From Paludibacteraceae bacterium (GTDB taxonomy: Bacteria > Bacteroidota > Bacteroidia > Bacteroidales > Paludibacteraceae), in contig CAXXCL010000001.1 in the NCBI GenBank assembly GCA_963668615.2, positions 233,521 through 297,520 on the forward strand: DNA of 64,000 nucleotides, given 5' to 3'. The notes beneath the pieces are model-generated. The model was not told the DNA's origin. It saw only the letters and a program-made list of their open reading frames with translations, and ran no database searches. Position 1 is the stretch's first letter. Every line of letters begins with the position of its first letter. The translations under genes were made by a program, and so were the position numbers. Below, piece after piece: positions 58,849-64,000 of this stretch.

Positions 58849-59463
58849 CTATCCATAGAGATTATATAGGGGATAAATACCCATAAAGAGGACTCCTACA
58901 AAAAACCCGGCAACCAATTGACAAGGGGTATGTGCCTTTAGTCGCAAGCGAGACCAAGCAATCAACCCTGCACAAAAAACAACGGTTATATATAACCACA
59001 TCTCATTTTGATGGAAATAATACGTAATCGCAAAAACAGCTCCGGTTAAGCCTCCAATGGCACTCATATGAGCACTGATCTTCCATTTTGTATTCACCAC
59101 CATAACAACAGCTAAAGAAAGTACGAGTCCTAAAACCAAATAAATCATGAAAGGTGGCACCCGTAAAAAGAAATAGAAAACAACGAGTAATGATGTACTG
59201 AGAAAACTGTAAAGGTATGGAAGAAATCGCTCTTTGCGATCTGATATTTGGAGAGTATTTACCTTCCCCTTTTTATAGAGAATGATAATAATAAATAATG
59301 GCAATACGCAACAAAAAAGCACAGGAGCTCCCAACACAAATAACTTACCATACTGATTATACATGAACAAATAGGGAGAATTTGCCAACAACAAAACTCC
59401 ATATATTGGGATAAAAAGGGGTTGAAATAGTATGCTTATAATCTGGGCAATTGTTTTTTCCAT
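58849..59463 (-). CDS. PAP2-superfamily membrane phosphatase-like protein
   Basis: 204-aa polytopic ORF. SAHMSA and SRLRLKAHTPCQ resemble PAP2 motifs C2/C3 (SGH, SRxxxxxHxxxD). Confidence 0.55.
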   Translation of the reverse strand: MEKTIAQIISILFQPLFIPIYGVLLLANSPYLFMYNQYGKLFVLGAPVLFCCVLPLFIIIILYKKGKVNTLQISDRKERFLPYLYSFLSTSLLVVFYFFLRVPPFMIYLVLGLVLSLAVVMVVNTKWKISAHMSAIGGLTGAVFAITYYFHQNEMWLYITVVFCAGLIAWSRLRLKAHTPCQLVAGFFVGVLFMGIYPLYNLYG

Positions 59464-59478
59464 ATTTGTGTTTTTAAA

Positions 59479-61347
59479 CTATTCTTTTTCTTGCCAATCT
59501 CCGTTATCCTTGATAAGTTGTATGAGTTTTTCCACGGCATTTGATTCAGGAATATTCCTTTCCATGCAAATTTGTTTTTTATATAGGCTGATTGTTCCCT
59601 TTCCTGCTCCTACATATCCATAATCAGCATCAGCCATTTCACCGGGTCCATTCACGATGCAACCCATAATGCCTATCTTCAGTTTTTTCAGATGACCGGT
59701 TTCTGCCTTGATTGTAGCAATAGCTGCTTGTATATCAAATAATGTTCTCCCACAACTGGGACAAGAGATATATTCTGTTTTACTCATCCTTGCACGGGTA
59801 GCTTGCAAAATAGAGAATGACAAAGCAATTATTTCAGACATTTGCACATTACCTCTACTTTCAATAGAGATTCCATCTCCAAATCCATCTAAGAAAAAAA
59901 CTCCCAAATCTATGCTCGCTTTTATTTGTAATAATGCTATATCCGAATCTGTAAATTTTCGAGCCAGAATGACGCTGTTTTTAATTTTGCGAGTATAAAA
60001 AGAGGCAAAAACGGCTCGTCCTTCTCCTAAAGTATTTATGTGTTCTAATTCCAGATAAACTACTACATTGGGGGTTCTCTCCAAAAATTGAATTACTTCA
60101 TCGGTAATTTCAGAATATTTCAGTTTCAAAAAAATTATGGATGCTTTATTCTTTGGGATATTAGAGAAAGTCCGGGCGGAAAACATAGGATAGGTGTTTT
60201 CTTCTGCCTTCCAATTTTCACTATCCAAGATTTGAGGGATATTTTTCAAACCATGTCCGACATTTTTCCTACCAGAATAAACAAAATCTGGCAAAGGAGA
60301 CTTATTATCAAAACAACATTGTTCAAAAGATTCCGTTATATCTAAAATAACAACAGGAGATTGCCCACCTCCGATATTTTGAACGGCAGTTGACTCTCTT
60401 TTTTGAAAATTGTACGGATGAAAAAAATCTGTATGAAAAGCATGTTCTATTTTCTCCGCATGCTTTCTTCTTTCGATGAAATCAACAATTTTGCGTGCTA
60501 CAGGTATTTCATTTTGTGGATTTTCACTTAAAGAAACACGAATAGTGTCTCCAATGCCATCGGACAATAAGGATCCGATTCCGACTGCCGACTTCACTCT
60601 ACCATCTTCTCCATCACCAGCCTCCGTAACACCCAAATGGAGGGGAAAATGCATATTTTCTTTGTCCATCGTTGCTACCAATAGACGAACAGTGTGCACC
60701 ATTACCAACGTATTGGAAGCTTTAATAGAGATAACGACATTTTGAAAATTTTGTTCCACACAAATACGCAAAAATTCCATGCACGAGAAAACCATTCCCT
60801 CCGGAGTATCTCCATACCGACTCATAATCCTATCGCTGAGCGAGCCATGGTTGACTCCGATACGTACAGCGGTATTATTTTTTTTACAAATATCGATAAA
60901 AGGAATAAATTTTGCTCGTATCTTATTAATTTCCAAAATATACTCTGCATCAGTATATTCAAACTTTTTAAAAGTTTTTACACTATCAACATAATTGCCA
61001 GGATTAACACGCACCTTTTCGACATACAATGCAGCTACATCGGCAACTTTCGGGTTAAAATGGACATCAGCAACAAGAGGCACGAAAACATTTTTTCGTG
61101 CCAAAGCAGCCTTAATATTCTGCAAATTTTCTGCTTCACGCACACCTTGAGTTGTTAAACGCACATATTCTCCACCTGCATTGGCTATTTCAATACATTG
61201 ATTAACACTTCCTTGAGTATCCAATGTGGAAGTATTGGTCATTGATTGCAAACGAACAGGATTTTTTCCACCAAGAGGGACATTTCCTATTGCCACCTCA
61301 TCGGAATGACGTCGTGAATAATTAAAAAGGTCTAAGCAATAATTCAT
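59479..61347 (-). CDS. ispG: 4-hydroxy-3-methylbut-2-en-1-yl diphosphate synthase (long form)
   Basis: 622-aa ORF with RVNPGN, GVTEAGDG and a C-terminal ISCPSCGRT...GCIVNGPGE Fe-S domain. It has the large central insertion seen in Bacteroidota-type IspG. Confidence 0.93.
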   Translation of the reverse strand: MNYCLDLFNYSRRHSDEVAIGNVPLGGKNPVRLQSMTNTSTLDTQGSVNQCIEIANAGGEYVRLTTQGVREAENLQNIKAALARKNVFVPLVADVHFNPKVADVAALYVEKVRVNPGNYVDSVKTFKKFEYTDAEYILEINKIRAKFIPFIDICKKNNTAVRIGVNHGSLSDRIMSRYGDTPEGMVFSCMEFLRICVEQNFQNVVISIKASNTLVMVHTVRLLVATMDKENMHFPLHLGVTEAGDGEDGRVKSAVGIGSLLSDGIGDTIRVSLSENPQNEIPVARKIVDFIERRKHAEKIEHAFHTDFFHPYNFQKRESTAVQNIGGGQSPVVILDITESFEQCCFDNKSPLPDFVYSGRKNVGHGLKNIPQILDSENWKAEENTYPMFSARTFSNIPKNKASIIFLKLKYSEITDEVIQFLERTPNVVVYLELEHINTLGEGRAVFASFYTRKIKNSVILARKFTDSDIALLQIKASIDLGVFFLDGFGDGISIESRGNVQMSEIIALSFSILQATRARMSKTEYISCPSCGRTLFDIQAAIATIKAETGHLKKLKIGIMGCIVNGPGEMADADYGYVGAGKGTISLYKKQICMERNIPESNAVEKLIQLIKDNGDWQEKE

Positions 61348-61356
61348 ATTTTTATA

Positions 61357-62655
61357 TTACAAGCAATCCACTACAGATTCCATTTTCATACTTCTTGACC
61401 CTTTTATCAAAATGTAATTGTCTACTATTGGATTAACTTTCAAATAGGCAATTAATTCATCCGTGGTTTGAAAAATAGAAAATTTGGAAAAAACTACACT
61501 AAAATTCTTTCCTACAAGAAAAACGTTTTGAAAAGCACTCCTATTGAGCAAATCAACAATTTTTTGATGTTCGTATTTAGCATCGTTTCCCAATTCGAAC
61601 ATATCTCCTAAAATAACAGTCTTGCTTTTGTCGGTTTGTATATTCTTAAAATTTCGTAAAGCAGCATCCATACTGGTTGGATTCGCATTATAAGAATCTA
61701 GTATCAGCTCATTCTTTTCGGTTTTTTTGAGTTGGGAACGATTGTTTTCGGGGGTATAATCTTCGAGTCCTTTTTTTATGGCTTGTTGCGAAACTCCAAA
61801 ATATGAGCCAATGCAGACAGCTGATAATAAGTTGGATAAATTATATTCACCTATCAACTTTGTTGATATGACATTCTGATTCGAGGAACCCTGTTGCCAA
61901 ACAAAAGAGACGAAAGGAGATGCAGATACAATTTTGCCCGACACATAAAAGCCTTCATTTGTGCCATAGATTATTTTTTCTATTCCTTCAGACATTCTTT
62001 GCAAATAGGGATTTTCTCCATCGATGAAAATTTTACCATTTTTAGCTTTTATAAAATCATACAACTCTTTTTTCGTATTCATTACCCCTTCAAAAGAGCC
62101 AAACCCTTCGAGATGGGCTTTGCCAACATTCGTAATCAACCCATAATCAGGCAAAGCTATATTTACCAAAGTTTTAATTTCCCCAGGATGATTCGCTCCC
62201 ATCTCAACAATTGCAAATTCAGTTTTATCAGTCATTCCAAGCAAGGTCAATGGGACACCGATATGGTTATTCAAATTTCCATGGGTATAGTGCAAATTGT
62301 ATTTTTGTTTTAACACAGCGGCACAAAGCTCTTTTGTTGTTGTTTTTCCGTTTGTACCTGTAATAGCCAAAATGGGCAACCCCAATTTTTTTCGATGAAA
62401 TCGAGCCAAATCTTGAAGAGCGGTCAAACAATCATCGACCAAAAGAAACCTGTCATCCACAACATATTCAGGTTCATCGACCACGGCAAGGACAGATCCT
62501 TTTTCAAGAGCAGAAAGAGCGAATTTATTTCCATTAAACGATTCTCCTTTCAATGCAAAGAAAATGGAGTTCTCAGGACAAATTCGGCTATCAATTGTAA
62601 TAGTAGGGGATAGTATAAAACGCCTGTAAAGTTCTTCTATGTTCATCTTAGACAA
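61357..62655 (-). CDS. murF: UDP-N-acetylmuramoyl-tripeptide--D-alanyl-D-alanine ligase
   Basis: 432-aa ORF with the Mur ligase P-loop ITGTNGKTTTKE and DSYNANPTSM. Confidence 0.92.
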   Translation of the reverse strand: MSKMNIEELYRRFILSPTITIDSRICPENSIFFALKGESFNGNKFALSALEKGSVLAVVDEPEYVVDDRFLLVDDCLTALQDLARFHRKKLGLPILAITGTNGKTTTKELCAAVLKQKYNLHYTHGNLNNHIGVPLTLLGMTDKTEFAIVEMGANHPGEIKTLVNIALPDYGLITNVGKAHLEGFGSFEGVMNTKKELYDFIKAKNGKIFIDGENPYLQRMSEGIEKIIYGTNEGFYVSGKIVSASPFVSFVWQQGSSNQNVISTKLIGEYNLSNLLSAVCIGSYFGVSQQAIKKGLEDYTPENNRSQLKKTEKNELILDSYNANPTSMDAALRNFKNIQTDKSKTVILGDMFELGNDAKYEHQKIVDLLNRSAFQNVFLVGKNFSVVFSKFSIFQTTDELIAYLKVNPIVDNYILIKGSRSMKMESVVDCL

Positions 62656-62736
62656 TATTATATCTTACAAAAGTAAAAAAAGCATTGCAATTATCTGAAA
62701 AAAACATAAAAAAAACCGTCTTGATATAAAAAAGGC

Positions 62737-62744
62737 TACCTTTG
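62737..62744 (+). promoter_or_regulatory. Putative -7 box TACCTTTG
   Basis: TAnnTTTG match 35 nt upstream of the 62779 ATG. Confidence 0.45.
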
Positions 62745-62778
62745 TGAAAACGTTATAACGAATTTAAACTCACATCTT

Positions 62779-64000
62779 ATGAGAAGAATCGGTTTCTTTA
62801 TTTTGTCCTTAGTTGCAATTTCTTCGTTTTTTATCTCCTGTTTGGACAGTGACGTTACCTACTCCAACAATCCTCACGTAGCAACTTTCTCAATACAATC
62901 AGACACATTGGTACCGGGCATTGAAAACACTGTGTTTACAGTTGATACACTCAGTAAAAAAATCTATAATGTAGATTCTATTGACTATGGTACAAAAGTA
63001 ACAAAACTCGTACCTACCGTAACATTCTGTAAAGGGGCTTCAAAAATTTTAGTAAATGGTGTAGAATGGAATTCGACTGATTCACTAGACTTTTCATCTC
63101 CATTTACTATGACCATTGTTGCTAAAGATGGCAAAACATCTGCCGACTACGAAGTTAGGCTGAACAAGCATACAGTGAATCCTGATGAAATAATTTGGAC
63201 GGAAAAGAGTTCTTCTATCAGCAGCTTAACAGGAATAAAAAGCCAAAAAGCCATTTGGTTTAACAGTAAAGCTTACTTTTTTGCACAAGACAATAGTAAT
63301 ACTGTTATTTTTACGAGTCAAGATGCCAGCTCTTGGGCAAATATTGGTTCTACATCTGTTGCAATTGACGTAAATTCAATCATTCAACACAACTCCAAAT
63401 TATTTGCTATTACTACAAGCAATGTGCTCATAAGCTCAATTGACGGGATTGAATGGGTAAATGGAACAACTGAATCGAATATTAAATTTATGAACACCTT
63501 GTGCTCACTTTCCGGCAAATTATGGATTGCGGGGGAAGATGAGAATAACCAATTATATCTATATTCTTCAACGGACGGAACAACTTGGACAAAAAGCAAT
63601 GCTTTGGCAAGTAATTTCCCCTATTTAAACCAAGTAAAGACGACTCTCACTACGAAAACAAACATTGCAAAAGCCTACTTGTTAGGAGGCACATCTCAAA
63701 ATTCAGAATATTCAGAAGGAGTCTTTTCATCGATGAACGGTTCTTATTGGATAAATACCCTTTCAGATGTTAACGGATTTTCTTTCGGATTACGAAAAAA
63801 TGCAGCGGGCTTTTCCCTGGATAAAAAAATATTCTTTTGGGGTGGTCTAAACACAACAAATGAGATTGTCAGTGATTTTTATGTGTCAATTGATGAAGGC
63901 TGCACTTGGAAAGCGGCAGCTGATTATCAAAAATTTCCGGACAAATTCGGGGCTAGAAAAAACGCATCTGCTTTTGTTGACGACAACAAAAATATTTGGA
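62779..64000 (+). CDS. Lipoprotein, 3'-partial (runs off window), beta-propeller-like repeats
   Basis: Hand-translated and open from ATG 62779 to the window end with no stop, so it is absent from the ORF track. The N-terminus MRRIGFFILSLVAISSFFISCLDSD is a lipobox followed by acidic residues. Later sequence has repeated ...W..G....-type segments. Confidence 0.7.
   Translation, partial: MRRIGFFILSLVAISSFFISCLDSDVTYSNNPHVATFSIQSDTLVPGIENTVFTVDTLSKKIYNVDSIDYGTKVTKLVPTVTFCKGASKILVNGVEWNSTDSLDFSSPFTMTIVAKDGKTSADYEVRLNKHTVNPDEIIWTEKSSSISSLTGIKSQKAIWFNSKAYFFAQDNSNTVIFTSQDASSWANIGSTSVAIDVNSIIQHNSKLFAITTSNVLISSIDGIEWVNGTTESNIKFMNTLCSLSGKLWIAGEDENNQLYLYSSTDGTTWTKSNALASNFPYLNQVKTTLTTKTNIAKAYLLGGTSQNSEYSEGVFSSMNGSYWINTLSDVNGFSFGLRKNAAGFSLDKKIFFWGGLNTTNEIVSDFYVSIDEGCTWKAAADYQKFPDKFGARKNASAFVDDNKNIW

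Noticed and set aside
1-64000. Scan for CRISPR arrays, IS elements/transposases, integrases, prophage genes, rRNA and riboswitch-like leaders.
   Set aside because: I found nothing by reading the ORF translations and intergenic regions. All intergenic gaps are short (mostly under 260 nt) and are explained by promoters, terminators and tRNAs.

Overview
This is a chromosomal segment with Bacteroidota (Bacteroidales-like) hallmarks. TAnnTTTG -7 promoter boxes sit upstream of most transcription units, and there are no Shine-Dalgarno sequences. Several proteins end in T9SS-type C-terminal sorting domains, fusA is directly followed by rpsJ, and ispG is the long form. Positions 1-12.6 kb (minus strand) hold the str/S10/spc ribosomal protein cluster from rpsL to rplO. 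That includes rpmD, which is below the ORF-track length cut-off. Most of the rest is housekeeping: corA, tyrS, tadA, rmuC, dapB, lepB, recO, aroB, asd, gpmI, rpmH, rluD, pyrE, argH, upp, radC, rpsT, ispG, murF and four tRNAs. Secreted proteases and other T9SS-cargo-like genes are interspersed. The one clearly accessory block is about 35.5-41.8 kb. It is a compositionally mosaic, single-strand locus encoding a 1339-aa signal-peptide protein with an FN3-like module, an HExxH motif and a C-terminal NlpC/P60-like Cys/His module. An ATGA-coupled secreted small ORF follows, then a start-less GH19-like lysozyme remnant with two in-frame stops, then a second ATGA-coupled secreted ORF. I read this as a polymorphic-toxin/immunity-like, peptidoglycan-targeting locus with no recognisable delivery apparatus in the window. 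I cannot establish novelty without database searches. I saw no integrase, transposase, IS element, prophage gene, CRISPR array or rRNA. All GC statements are hand spot-counts of individual 60-nt lines, not full computations.
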